Assembly (NCBI RefSeq): GCF_009914755.1
Contig: NC_060925.1
Source of the DNA: the human T2T-CHM13v2.0 reference genome, Homo sapiens
Reading direction: 5' to 3' (one strand)
DNA length: 64,000 bases
Shown here: positions 17,880-38,145 of the stretch, piece by piece
Numbering within the stretch: the stretch's first letter is position 1
Layout: each line of letters starts with the position of its first letter
The notes under the pieces: model-generated
Told to the model about the DNA's origin: nothing
Seen by the model: the letters and a program-made list of their open reading frames with translations, nothing else
Databases searched by the model: none
Translations under genes and position numbers: made by a program

Positions 17880-18480
17880 GCCTAGGGATTCCGGTTAGCA
17901 CGTCGCGTTCTGCCGCAGCAGGGCTGGGAGCATCCCCGGGGCAGGCGGAGGTCGGAGGTGGTGAGGCCTTTCGGCGAAGCTGAGGCCTGGAACAACCCGG
18001 TGGGAAGCCACGGAGGGGGTCCCCTAGCGGAGGCTGGGCGCGGGCCGGTGCGCGTGCGCGGCTGGAGGCTCAGCGCGCGAGCGTGCGCGTGATTTGGCCC
18101 TGAACGGACGCCGTAGCCGAGAGGTTGGGCGGATGTTGTGAACCGGGTCGCGGCGGCCGAGGCTCGGGGTGAGTGAGGGGCGGCAGGGCTCTGAGCCTGG
18201 CGGGTTCCGGCTATTCCCTTCGCGGTCCAGTTTAGTCCACTGCGAGGGCACCTGCAGCGCCGGGATCTGAGTGCGAAACTCCGAGCGGAAGCTGGTCTGG
18301 CAGGTCCTCTGGAGCTTGGGGCCAGGCGGGGGCGACTTGGGGGAGCCATCCTTGGGCTCCCAGACGGAGTAGGTTCAGTTCTGAGCCCGGATACCCCGGC
18401 GAGGTTGGACGGGATAGCCGTGACAGGGAGTCCCCGGGCGGGGACAAGGTCCGCCTCTCACCTGGGTCCTCAGCAACTGA
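17880..18480 (+). promoter_or_regulatory. CpG-island promoter and non-coding first exon copied from RNF123 (donor after 18168)
   Basis: CpG island, NRF1-like tgcgcgtgcgcg at 18049-18060, strong donor ggg/GTGAGT. Head-to-head with MST1 as at 3p21. Confidence 0.8.
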
Positions 18481-19668
18481 CACCCGGAGTGGGTGTCTGG
18501 AAGGTCTGCTCATCAAATGAATGACTGCATTTAATCAGATCTTCAACTACTGTGGTAGTGAAGGGGCACCGATCATGGAGGCCCACCGAGGGCCCGAGGT
18601 CGGGAAAATCACCTTCCCGAGGAGCAGGCGTGGTGCAGACCCACAGGGGTTTGTGGCGGGAGTAGAGGGTCTGTTTGGGGCGAGATAAGAGACTGAACGG
18701 CAGAGTAGGGAGTGCTGGCTAAGGCAGTGCTGCAGAGCGAAACTCTAGACCTGCGCTGTCTAATAGAACTTTATATGATGGTGGGAATGTTCTACCTTTG
18801 TGCTGTCCAATAGAGTAACCGTTAGCCACATGTGGTCATTGAACTCTTGAAATGTGGCTGAGGCAACTGAGAAATCGAATTGTTAATTTTTAAAACTTTA
18901 AATTTAAGTAACCTCACGTGGATGACGGCTGCTGTGTTGGACAGCACAGCTACACATCAGTGAGGCCAGCACCAGGGACTCAGTGCAGGTTTTGGAGCAG
19001 CTGCAGCAGCAACATGATGTGAGGGATAGATGCACTAGGAGGACCAATGGAGTTTGCCATGAGGGCTGGGCAAGGGTGGTGCTTGGATGAGGTGGGAGGC
19101 CACATGTGTGAGTGGGAACAGTGAAACTATCAGGACCATGGATAAAAGAAGGGAGGAACCCAGGGCTGAGGAAAGAGGCTCCAGCCTTGTGGGGAGTAAG
19201 TGGGACTTATGGCTAGAGATGACCAGACCAGTGGTGGTCTGCACTTGGGGGAATGTGTAGGATTGTCGCTTCTGGTTGTGAGCTGGACTCAGTATGGCTT
19301 ACAACCGAGATGAATACAGGGGCTCTGCCCCTAGGACACCTCACTTTGGACATTTTGGTCTGATTTCCACAGAGCTGAGACATTTTGTTATGGTTTGGCA
19401 AAAATATATCTGGTACCTGCTCTCTGCCCAGCCCTGTGCTGGGCACAGGGACACTGGAGAACAAGAAGTGGTCCCTGTTACATGGGCCTAGACCCTGGCT
19501 ACCCTGCCTGTGTAGGAAGCTGGGAGCCCCTGCATTCCCCTGTCCTATGTGTTAGTGTGCATGCCCCTGGCCTCACCTGCTCCCAAGACTTCCTGCCATG
19601 GCAGGACTGAGGTCAGGTGTGGGGGCCCCTGGCTGGCCCTGAGTAGACAGGCTCTGTGTCTGCCTCAG

Positions 19669-20047
19669 CCTCCAGGACCACTGGCTGCCCATGAGAGACG
19701 AAGGATGGCATCCAAGGGGGCCGGCGTGTCTTTCTCCCGCAAGAGCTGTAGGCTGACCTCAGATGCTGAGAAATCCAGGGTCACAGGTAAGGGCTGGCAG
19801 AGAAGGAAGGAGGCTCCTCTTGTTGGGAGGAGAAGGAAGGGACAAAGGCCTCAGGCCTTGCTGCACCTGTGGCTGGCCTAGGACCAGAAGTCTCTGGGGC
19901 CAGCAGGGGCCAGGAGCTGCACTCATCGTGTGGCCCTTTTCTCCCTTCTGACTTGTGGCTCAGGCATTGTGCAGGAGAAGCTGCTGAATGACTACCTGAA
20001 CCGCATCTTTCCTCTTCTGACCATGCACCCCCAGCAGCCACCGGCAG
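19669..20047 (+). pseudogene. RNF123 (KPC1) partial copy: exon 2 (19669-19786, ATG 19705) and exon 3 (19964-20047)
   Basis: MASKGAGVSFSRKSCRLTSDAEKSRVTG + IVQEKLLNDYLNRIF matches the RNF123 N-terminus. Canonical splice sites; 1-nt deletion after RIF. No later RNF123 exons seen. Confidence 0.92.
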
Positions 20048-20499
20048 GTATGGCTGGGTGGGCGGCCCCTCCTCACTCTGCTGGGCCAGAGCAGAATAAG
20101 GAGGCTGCAGTTGTAGGGAAAGGGAGCCTGGGCTCTGGACAGATAGGCTTAGGCTCTGTTCTCACTGTGCTCCTGGCTGCGAGATCTCTGGCCAGAGAGT
20201 CTGCCTTCCGTACGCTGCTTCTTCCTGTCTCCAGGCAGTGCTAGTTCCTTGTGAGAGTCAGGGAGCAGAGGTCAGGGAGCGGGTGCACATTCATGCCCAG
20301 CTAGCACCTGGCACCTACTCCACACCCAGCATCTGCCCCTGCATGTACCTGCCCTCACCTTGGCCCCAGCCTGGCCCCTTGTAGCTTCTGACTGACCTTG
20401 TAAAGAACAAACTCCTCCAGGGCCTTTTCTTTACAAGTTTAATACTTTTGAGTGTAGTCAGTGTAAAAGTTACAAGTACATTTTAGCAGAAACTTAGAG

Positions 20500-20802
20500 G
20501 GCCAGGCACAGTGGTTCACACCTGTAATCGCAGCACTTTGGGAGGCCAAGGTGGGTAGATTGCTTGAGTCCAGGAGTTCAAGACCAGCCTGAGCAACATG
20601 GCCAGACCCCATCTCTACAATAAAATACAGAAATTACCTGGGCATGGTGGTGTGCACCTGTAGTCCCAGCTGTTAGGGAGGCTGATGTGGGAGGATCACT
20701 TGAGCCTAGGAGGTTGAGGCTGCAGTGAGCTGGCCTCTGCATGCCACTGCACTCTAGCCTGGGTGACAGAGCAAGACCCTGTCTCTAAAAAAAGAAGGAA
20801 AA
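20500..20802 (+). mobile_element. Alu (AluJ-like)
   Basis: Full Alu with AluJ-type diagnostics (ggaggatcacttgagcctaggagg). Confidence 0.9.
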
Positions 20803-20869
20803 GCACCTGCTATCTTGTTATTTTAACATGACTATTCAAATGCGATTCTTTTCTGTTTTCTTTCTTTGT

Positions 20870-22690
<1,821 letters not shown>

Positions 22691-23424
22691 ATGTCTGTTT
22701 ATCTTATAATGTATGTAGTTCAGATTATGCTGTATAGAAAACTTTAAAAAAATTTGTCACCTTCAGTTCTTTTCTTAAAACATTTTTATTGAGCTATGAT
22801 TAATATACAATAAACTACACACACTTAAAGTGTACAATTTGATAAGTGTTAACATATAGATAAAACCCGTGAAACCATCAGTACCATCAAGGTAATGGAC
22901 ATGTCCCTCACTTCCAGAAGTTTGCATCCTATTTTTATTATCAAATGTTATCCCGTGAGTATTTTTCCACATTATCAATGTATCTTACTGAGCATCTTTA
23001 GGGCCAGGGGGTCTGCTGTGGCCCATACAAGTGCCCTAGTTTGGAAGGACTTTTGCCTTTGTAAACAATGCTGTGAGGATGCCCAGGGCTGGAGTCGTGT
23101 GGCTAGAGTGTTTGAACTGCAGTCACTTTTAAGACTGTTGCCAGATTACTTCTTCAAAGGATCAAGTAGGTTCTCCGTCCCTGCAGTGAGGCACGGTTGT
23201 CCCTGTCTCTCACCCCCTTATCAGCCTTAGCTGTTCTGTCTTTTACGACTTCTGCTCTTTAGGCAGGTCCAAAAGGCAGCATCATTACCTGTTCTATTTA
23301 AGCAATTGTGGTGGTCAGAAAGTGCCTGCTTGCAGAGAGTTCCTGCCCACCCCCACCCCATACTCAGTCCTGGCCTGTTCTCAGAGCCATCTGATCCCTA
23401 CCTCATGTGATACCAGAGATGGTC

Positions 23425-23445
23425 CTGCTGCTGCTGCTGCTGCTG
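23425..23445 (+). repeat. (CTG)7 microsatellite
   Basis: Read directly from sequence. Confidence 0.9.
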
Positions 23446-23708
23446 TGGCCGCCAGGAGAGACAGCAGGTGGTAGGGCCGTCAGTCAGTGGTTGTGGGCAT
23501 TCAGGGCCCTGAACTGGGACCTAGGAGATCCAAAAAGGTCAGGGAAGTTGCTGGTCTTGGCCAAATGGGCCGTGCTGTAGGCACTCAGTGGTGGCTGTCT
23601 CAGGCCGACTGCCCACAGATATGTGCAGTCTGCTCTCAGGATCAGGCACACGACTTTGGGGGTCAGGTACAAGAGTAGCCGCTCCAAGTGTGGGCTTGTT
23701 AAGAACTG

Positions 23709-23980
23709 TTTTCTTTTGAGGCAGGGTCTCGCTATGTCCCAGTCATAGCTCACTGCAACCTCAAAGTTCCAGGCTCAAGGAATCCTCCCACCTCAGCCTC
23801 CCACATAGCTGGGACCACAAGCACATGCCACAGCACCCAGCTAAATTTTTTTTTTTTTTTAAGAGGCAGGGTCTTACTGTGGCACCCAGGCTGGTCTCAA
23901 ACCCCTGGGCTCAAGTGATTCTCCCACCTCAGCCTCCCAAAGTGCTGAGACTACAGGTGTGAGCCACCATGCTTGGCCTG
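23709..23980 (-). mobile_element. Alu (AluJ-like)
   Basis: Antisense Alu. Confidence 0.9.
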
Positions 23981-24878
23981 TAACTGCTTTTGAGAAAGGC
24001 TCCTTTATCCTTGGTCCACTGGGGTATTCAGAGATGGGGTTGGCTTTAGCCTTCTATGCTACTAGCTGAGCACCCCGACTGCATAGCCACCACCTGGCCT
24101 TGGCCTGGGACAGAGCAGCAGTGGGGAGGGGCCTTTGTGCATCTCTGCTCCTACAGCTCAGGGCTGGGAGTGGCTTACACTGGGGGAATATGTGATCCCT
24201 GAGCCTGGGTAGTGGCTACTTTGTCAGGGTGCTTTGTGCCACCTTCGTCCCCTTCCAGAGCTTTCTGTCTGTGTGGATGAGTAGGGTAGGAACTGGCATG
24301 AAAGGTGGAAGAGCAGGTGGTGGCAGCCTGTGGGCAGCCAGGTGTGTAATGGGCCTCTGTTCTGCCTGAGTCCTGCTGGTTACCACCACCTCACTCCCTG
24401 CTATTCTTAGCAGCTGAGCTCAGGACAGCACTGACTGGCATTAGACAGTACCCTTTTCCCTCTAGGCCTGTGTGTTGAGAGGATGAGGGGGCCACCCAGA
24501 CAGATTTTTCCCAACTCCTTTGGCTCGGGTAGGTGGGCCATGTGCTCTGCTGACCATTTATGGACTGGCGGGTACAGGACAGAGCCATCCAGCAGCTCAG
24601 AGGGCTGAGCCTTTCATACTTCCAGGACATGGCCCATTCAACACAGACTCCCCTGGCTGGGTGGTGGCGAGACTGGAATCTGCCCCAAAGGAACCACAGG
24701 CCTAGGGGCAAGGGTTGGACTAGGTGGCCTTGGTACTGACCACTTTGGGAACCAGCATTTCTCCCAGCCTTCTTCTTCCAGACATCATCAGCCCAGCCAC
24801 CTTTGAGAGCGGACAGGTTATGTGGTATGCAGACAGCACTTGTTATTCCCTGGGCTCTTCACAGCATCTCTAACATAA

Positions 24879-26749
<1,871 letters not shown>

Positions 26750-27203
26750 CATGCTTTGTCTTTGAAGTCCTTTTTAACTTATTTGTTCAGGAAACTGGGC
26801 TAGTTGTCCTTGGAGATTCTCATGGTCTGGATTTTGCTGGTTGCATCCTTATGGTGTCAATTAACATATTTCTTTATCCCATGTATTTCCTGTAAATTGG
26901 ATGTTGGATGTAAAGCTAGGTCAGATTCAGGCTCTTCTGCTTGCTTTTTCGTTTGATCAAGACTCCATAAGTAGAATGTGTTCTTCCATCAGGATGTCCC
27001 TATGCCAGCTGTCTCTCTTTTCAAGATCCAACCCACTCATTAGAGGCTGCAAAACTGTGAGCTTCTCATTTAGTCACTCCTGTGTATATTAATTAGAATT
27101 CTATAATGAGGCACTTTCCCTCCTTACTATTGGATAACCAGTGGTACAGGTCATTCAGGAAAGGAAAGGAAAGGATTTAACCTGTATTATGGACTTAAAA
27201 TAC

Positions 27204-27799
<596 letters not shown>

Positions 27800-28002
27800 T
27801 CAAATTTTTATATTTTACTTTTGATGAAGTCACCTATTCACATTTCAAAAGGGTACACAGTAAAATGGCTCCCTCCCACCTCTGACCCCAGATATTCCCA
27901 TTCCTTCCTTGGAGGCAAGCAGCATCATCAGCTTCTTTTTCTTTTTATATATACAATTATTTTCTTTCTTTTTTTTTTTTTTTGGCCACCAAGTTACCGT
28001 AA

Positions 28003-28380
<378 letters not shown>

Positions 28381-28386
28381 TGAGAT

Positions 28387-28392
28387 CACACA

Positions 28393-28435
<43 letters not shown>
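28387..28435 (+). repeat. (CA)n microsatellite
   Basis: Read directly from sequence. Confidence 0.95.
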
Positions 28436-28437
<2 letters not shown>

Positions 28438-28806
28438 TTTTGTATATACGCCTGGTAAAATTTCATCTTCACAGTTCTTGAAGATGCTTTTTTCACCTAC
28501 TAGTTATAACTGGGAGGTGGCTCTGGATCAGGCCAGGAAGAACTTCTCCACTGGTTTTTCTTGGCCACAGTTCTCCACTTAAAGGATGTACCATCATGTA
28601 CTTAGTAGCAGTCCCCTTTTGATAGACATTTAGGTTGTCACCAGGATATCTTACATGAGCAATGCTGCAGTGAACCTCCTTGTCCACAAGCCATCTCCTC
28701 TGTGCTGGGGTATATCTGTAGGATCCATTCTTAGAGGAGGAGCCGGTGGGGAAGGTCCTATGCCTGCATAGTTTTCGAAGATCTCCCTCAGTGCCCTCCA
28801 TTGTGA

Positions 28807-29400
<594 letters not shown>

Positions 29401-29879
29401 CCAGACTAGTTTTAATTTGTAGTTGGGAGTGAGCCCCATCCCATCCCCATCCTGTGTTCTCTTCCCAAGGGACCCGCTGCAGCTGGGAGGGGAGCTGTCC
29501 AGGAGGCCGGCCTGGGAATGAGCACAGGCCTGCGGCTGGCAGAGAGCCGGGTCGAGCCAGCCCTGGAGAAGCAGGCCCAGCTGGAGGAGCAGCTGCGGGA
29601 CAAGGTGCTCCACGAGAAGGACCTGTCCCAGCAGCAGATGCAAAGCGACCTGGACAAGGCTGACCTCAGTGCCAGGAGGGTCCCTGGTGGGTGCTGCATG
29701 AGGCAGGCGTCACTGCAGAAGGTAAAACTGGAGAGTTGGGGAGAAGGGAGCATCTGTTCACTAGGAGCAGGGCCTTCCTCTGTGAGCTCAGCCAGCCTTC
29801 CCAGGCACCCCACTGAGGTTCCGAAGGCAGTTGCCCAGTGTTTATCATGAACAGCTTAGCCTCCTATGACAGAACTTGT

Positions 29880-30180
29880 GGCCGGGTGCTGTGGCTCACA
29901 CCTGTAATCCCAGCACTTTGGGAGGCCAAGGTGGGAGATTACCTGAGGTCAGGAGCTCAAGACCAGCCTGCCCAATAGGCGAAACCCTGTCTCTACTAAA
30001 AATACAAAACTTAGTCGGGTGTGGTGGTGTGTGCCTCTAATCCCAGCTACGAGGGAGGCTGAGACAGGAGAATCGCTTGAACCCAGGATGTGGAGGTTGC
30101 AGTGAGCCAAGATCACATCACTGTATTCCGGCCTGGACGACACAGCGAAACTCTGTCTCAAAAGAAAACCACAAAAAAAC
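29880..30180 (+). mobile_element. Alu
   Basis: Full Alu flanked by aacttgtg duplication. Confidence 0.93.
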
Positions 30181-32805
30181 AACTTGTGCCCCTTACTCCT
30201 GCCACCTGGGTAAGTCCTCCAGTGCTTTCCCATGAGATAAAGCTGGTGGGAACCTCATTCCCATTTCACAGATGAGAAGTGTGAGGTCTGGAGAGGAGCC
30301 ACAACTTGTTTAAGGTCACACAGCCAGGGAGGTGGATGTTAGGGTCCCTGCCTCGGGTTTGGAGAAGCATGGTGGACACAGAGCTAGTGGATTTGAGAGG
30401 CTGGGGTGGTCCCGTATTCACCTCTGTTGCTCCCCCAACTCCAGAGTGACAGAGCTGGGCCTGGCAGTGAAGCGTCTACAGAAGCAGAATCTGGAGAAGG
30501 ATCAGGTCGACAAGGACCTCACCGAGAAGCTTGAGGCCCTGGTGAGCTTCAGCTGCCCCTGAGATGGGGCAGGGTGGGATGGGGTACCGGCCAGATCCAT
30601 GGACACAGGCTTAGGGCTGGGCTGCCTGGGCCACCCCCAGCATCCCACTCACACTCAGGTTCAGCCCACACAGGTGTGCAGGCTTTGTGGGAAGCACACT
30701 CACTTCCTCCATCCCATTTCTCCCTCCCAGCAGCCCTGTAGAGTAATCCTAATGACACGGATGGGAAACTGAGGCCCAAGAGGGGAAATGCTTGTCCAGT
30801 CTCAGAGCCAGTAAGCAGGAGAGTTGGGACTTGAACTCCCATCCACGCTCTCCAGGTCCAGATGCTGCCTTTGGAATCCCAACTGTCCACCCCCACCAGT
30901 GGGACACTCACTCCCCCAGGGTCCAGCCTGGTTTAGTCACCCCTCTGTGTGGGGCCTGGCCTGGGTTCTAGGTCCAGCTCTCCTGCAATCGACTGTGTGA
31001 CCTGGGGCAGAACCCAGCTCTTCTCTGGGCCTGGTCTGTTCATTGAGGGCCTCGGGCCTGCTGTGGGGTCTACCAGGTGGCTGGCCTATGGACATGGCTT
31101 CAGAGGCCACCTGATCAGTGGTGGGCCAGGGAGGGAGGGAAAGGGGAGGTTTCAGGTAAGACAGAACCCCGACCACTCTTTGTCTCCCTCACCGCACTCC
31201 AGGAATCCCTGCGGCTACAGGAGCAGGCGGCCCTGGAGACAGAGGATGGAGAGGGGCTACAGCGGAGCCTAAGGGACCTGGCACAGGTGTGAGCCCAGAA
31301 AGGCGGGAAGACAGGGCCCTGCCAGGCGGTCCTGGGCTCCCCCGCCTCGCCTTTCGGTGGCTTCGGATTGAACTGCAGATGGGTGGGGCCCTGGGACCCA
31401 GGCTGTAGCTGCTCAGCACCCCTGCTAGCTCACCCGGCCTCTGCCCTGGGGAGCCCCCAGTCTCAGAGGGGAGGCACGGCCCTCTCGGAGCCCACCTGTG
31501 AGCAATGCCAAATGATGTCTTCGCAATAAATGGGATGCCTCAGCGGCGAGCTGAGGACTGAGCTAGTGGAGGAGGTGAAATCAGAAGGCTTCTTGTAAGC
31601 GGGAGCATTTGGGATGAGGCGGCCCCCAGCCTCCCCTGGTCGTTTTTGCCAGCTAACCCCGAAGTTCCTAACTCTGCGGCCTCCTGCTTCCCTCCCTTAC
31701 CCTCAGGCCGTCCTGTCTGACGCTGAGAGCGGCAGCCTGCGTCCAACAGCGTCCGACCGCAGCCTGCGGGGGCTCTCGGGCCAGCGGACCCCGTCTCCAC
31801 CGCGGCGCTCCTCGCCGGGCCGAGGCCGTTCGCCCCGCAGAGGCCCCTCCCCGGCCTGCTCAGAAGACTCCACGCTCGCTTGCCCTGATTCTCTCCGCCC
31901 TGCACTTTTGCCAGCTGAAGGTCCAGGTAGGAAGGGGCTTGAGTTTTCTGGGCGCAGCCAGAGGCCCAGGGGGTGGGGCTCGCGCCCTCCAGGTGGGGGT
32001 GGGGGCGTGTCTGGGGGAGGAGTCTGAGCGCCCTGGGGTGCAGCCAGAGCCCTGAGAAATAGTGTCTGAGGGTGTCAGGACCCCCAAGGAGGTGGTCGAG
32101 GGCTCTGCGCTGAAGCCAGCCCAGAAGTGGGGGTGCTTGGGCAGCTGGGGGTGGGTGCTTGGGCAGCCGGTGGAGGGAGGAGGCTGCGACAGTGTTAGGG
32201 TCCTGGTAGAGAGGGAGACAGGTCCCTGGTCATACAGAGCCAGGACCCTGGGAAAAGGTCTAGCAAGGGAAATCACAGCCTAGGATGAGAGCTTGGGAAC
32301 TAGGGGCAGAGCCAGGGTAGGGAGGAGTGTGAGAGTGGAACCAGGATGCAAGGGGGAGGAGCCTGGGAGCCCTGGGGGTGGGATCAGAACCCAGGAGACG
32401 AGTGTGCCTGGGAGTTTGTCTGGCATCCCGGGGGCTTTGATAGGAGTTGTCCGGGACCCCAGGGAGATGAGGGTTCAGAGGGTGGTGAGGGCACATAGGA
32501 GGGGAGTGGAAGCCTGGCTCTCAGGCCTAGGCCCCTATCCTGCCCCAGGGCAGGTCCAGGCCCTGGACCCCGCCTAGCGTAGGCTAGTGTGTATCCCTGG
32601 AACCAGAAGAGAGTAGGTGGGCTCTGGAGGCCTCAAAGGACCCCCGCTAGACTCTGTGATCCCCACGCCCCAGAACATGCGTGGGCGCTATGAGGCAAGC
32701 CAGGACCTGCTGGGCACCCTGCGGAAGCAGCTTAGCGACAGCGAGAGTGAGCGGCGGGCCCTAGAGGAACACCTGCGTGGCGCCGTCGGTCTTGTCCCGC
32801 AGGCA

Positions 32806-33629
<824 letters not shown>

Positions 33630-35016
33630 CACGTCTTGAAGTTTTTTGCACCTACCACCAGTGGGGAAAGTGGCAGCTCACAGCAAGTCTTTGGGGTCCT
33701 AGTTGTTCCCTTCTCCTCCCTCCCCTGCCGTGGCCACCATGTGCCTGTGTAGCAGGAAGCTGTGGGATCTGCAGACTCAGCTCTATCAGGCTTCCCAGAA
33801 TTGAGGGGCATGGGGTGTTCTAGGGGACATTTCCTGGTCACATGGCCTAGCAGAACTGGTGGCACAATTGCCTGTGTGTCCCAGGAGCCTAGCCTGGCCT
33901 CTTCTACGTGGTAGAGTGCTTAGAGATCACGCCAGCACCTCCATCCACTCTAAGTGGGCGGGCTGGGGAGAAGGAAAGCCAGGTTCTTCTGCTGGAGTGT
34001 GTGAGTGAAATGAGTCTGCTATGGGCAGGGTCAGGGAAGGCTTCCTGGAGGCAGGTGCCTTGGAAGACGGGAGGATGTAGCTCATGGCTAGAGGAGCAGC
34101 CAGCCACCTTCCCTGGAGAGAGCAGCCCCAGCATCCCCTCTGCTCCCGCTCCCCTTGTCCTGAAGGGAGAAGAGCAACCTGGTCCACAGCCTGCAGGTGG
34201 CCCAGCAGCAGGCCGAGGAGCTGCCGCAGGAGCGGGAGAAGCTGCAGGTTGCCCAGGAGGAGCTGCAGCGCCAGCGGGACCGGCTGGAGGAAGAGCAGGA
34301 AGAGGCGGTGCAGAATGGCGCACGGGTTCGCCGGGAGCTTGAGCGCAGGTTAGCAGCATCTCACCTCCCTGCCAGGACCCTTCAAATGTGCCTCGGGTCC
34401 CCTGACAGTGCCCCCATGGGGTTAGGTGACACCCACTGGGTCCTGGGCCTCCTACCGTCTGGACCCCTCTGATGTCGGGTTTTCTAACCAGACCCATTTC
34501 AGGAAACTGGGGCTCAGGGAGGTATAGTCACTTACCTGGAGTCAGAGAACTAGTTAAAAGGTAGAACTTGGATGATAATAACAAGAATAATTAAAATAAC
34601 AGTAGTAATATTAGTAGTAGTATTTTAAAAATTTAGTTAGAAGAATAATAATATCCTTACTAATTTCACTAAGTGCCAGATACCATTTTAAGCAATTCAG
34701 TTCTCTCATTTAACTCCATGATAACTCTGTGACATAGAAGCTGTTATCTCCATTTTGTGGATGGTAAACTGAGGCACAGAGAAGCCATGTCACTTGCCCC
34801 AGGTCACACAGTTAGCAGAAGAGCCAGGATTTGAACCCAGACATTCTGCCTTCAGAGTTAACCTCTTCACCACTGCGCTGCTTACCTCTCAGGGACGTGA
34901 TCGCTGATGATGTTTAGTAGACTGTGGTGGAGCATGTTATTCTTGTTTCTGAAGGTCCTTGGGGAGATGTGTCAGGCACTATTTTAAGCACATGTGAAGT
35001 TTGTATCCTTAAAACA

Positions 35017-35333
<317 letters not shown>

Positions 35334-35626
35334 TCATTTTGCAGATGTGAAAACGGAGGCCCAGGGTCATGGAGCTAAGCGGTAGTGGGCTTGGTTGCCC
35401 TGTGGCTCAGGCTGTTTCTCTCCAAACTCATGCCTCAGGCCTGGTCCCCGGCCCAGCATCTTGCTGGCTACAGGAGGTTCGGGCAGGAAAGTGACATGGG
35501 CCACCCACCCACCCTTTGTCCCACAGCCATAGACAACTAGAGCAGCTGGAAGGGAAGCGCTCAGTCCTGGCCAAGGAGCTGGTGGAGGTGAGGGAGGCGC
35601 TGAGCCGCGCCACGCTGCAACGGGAC

Positions 35627-36954
35627 ATGCTGCAGGCCGAGAAGACCGAGGTGGCCGAGGCGCTGACCAAGGTGGGTCCCTGTCTGCTGCACAACCACAA
35701 ACCTACCTCTGACCCCCAGCCCCAAGCCTTGTCACTCTGGCACAGACTGGTCCCAGTGTCAGGCAGACCTCTGAGCCTGGTCACAGACTGACCCCTTCCT
35801 TCTGGATACAGGCTGATCTTTGTCACAGGCCACAGACCTCTGGACCTCTGGTCCCAGCCATAAGTGGACTGACCTCTCTTTATGGCCGTATCCCTGCTCT
35901 TCTGGATGCTCCTGGGGGCAGTGCCTATAGCTCAGGGTCATCCTGAGATTCAGCTCCTGGAGTCTGAGAGTTGTGGCCACAGCGCAGAGGGTCCTTGGCG
36001 GGGGGGCCTGCGCTGTCCGCTGCAGCCTGGGCTCTGAGCAGTGCTATCCCTAGACCTTACTCAGGGGATCCTCTGAACTCTGGCCCTGCCCTGCAGCTTG
36101 AGCTATTTTTGCACAGCTTTGCGGTGCATGGCTTTTAAATGGCTCCATAAGCAGCAGGCTTTCTGCGGTGATTTTTTTTTCCATCTCACGCCGTATCCCC
36201 TCCTTGTCTCCCCTCCCCTGTCTCCGAGGGTCCATCTCTCTGGGTCTCTTCTTGTCTCTCCTCACCTCCTCCCGACCTTTCTGCCCTTCCTCATCTCTTG
36301 GGGCCTGACCCTGCAGGCTGAGGCTGGCCGCATGGAGCTCGAGCTCTCCGTGACCAAGCTGAGGGCAGAGGAGGCCTCCCTGCAGGACTCCCTGTCCAAG
36401 CTGAGCGCCCTCAACGAGAGCCTTGCTCAGGACAAGTTGGATCTGAACTGCCTTGTCACCCAGGTACACTGTGCACCTGCGGGCCCACCTACCTTGCCCA
36501 CCCGTCCTCCCCACTCAGTGAGGCACCCTGGGCCCGGCCCTGCACCTGTCTTGGCCCCTGCCTCCCTTTCTGTCTCTGGTTCTCTGTCTATCTCCGTCTG
36601 TCTGTCTGTCCTCTCTAGGAGTCAAAGCACCGACGCTCCATGGGCCCTCCTCATCTCCCCCTCCCCAGTGTCCCACACACCCAAGGGCACTGTCCCTCAT
36701 TCCCTGGGAGCCTCCCCTGGGCTATCGTGGCTGGTGGGTGGGTGGAGGAGGCGTCCTGGTCCTGGGAGGGACGCCCTGCTCATGAGGCCCCACTCCTTTC
36801 CGGCCCACAGCTGGAGGAAGAAAAGGCCATGCTGCAGGGCCGGCAGCGGCAGGCGGAGCAGGAGGCCACAGTGGCGCCGGCAGAGCAGGAGTGGCTGGAG
36901 GAGCTGTGGTTGGAGCAGGAGGTGGCACGGCAGGGCCTGGAGGGCTCCCTATGA
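35627..36954 (+). CDS. CROCCP2: Putative 111-aa rootletin-fragment ORF (spliced 35627-35671, 36317-36463, 36811-36954)
   Basis: [34 protein letters not shown]..[14 protein letters not shown]..GLEGSL* with canonical splice sites. Translation not demonstrated; likely NMD target. Confidence 0.3.
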
Positions 36955-37244
36955 GTGGCGGAGCAGGCCCAGGAGGCGCTGGAGCAACAGCTCCCCACAC
37001 TGCACCATGAGCTCAGTTGGCTGCAGGAGCAGCTAGCACAGGTAGGCCAAACTGTGTGTGGGGTGGTCTGGAGAGCATGTGGGGCAGGCCAGGCTCGCAG
37101 CCTCCTGCATCCAGTCCTGGGTTAAGTCACAGGCACTGGAGCCTGCTTCTGGGTTAAATCCAGTCCCACTTCTCCTAGCTGGGGACCTTGGACAAGCTGC
37201 CCAACCTCCCATACCTCAGTTGCCCCATTTATAACATGGGGCTA

Positions 37245-38145
<901 letters not shown>

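Noticed and set aside
23418-23470. ATG followed by (CTG)7 resembling a signal-peptide exon
   Set aside because: Short microsatellite in intronic DNA with no supporting downstream exons.
36098-37036. Longest ORF in the track (312 aa)
   Set aside because: Non-ATG start. It reads through GC-rich introns, and only the 49 aa of CROCC exon 16 are in a meaningful frame.
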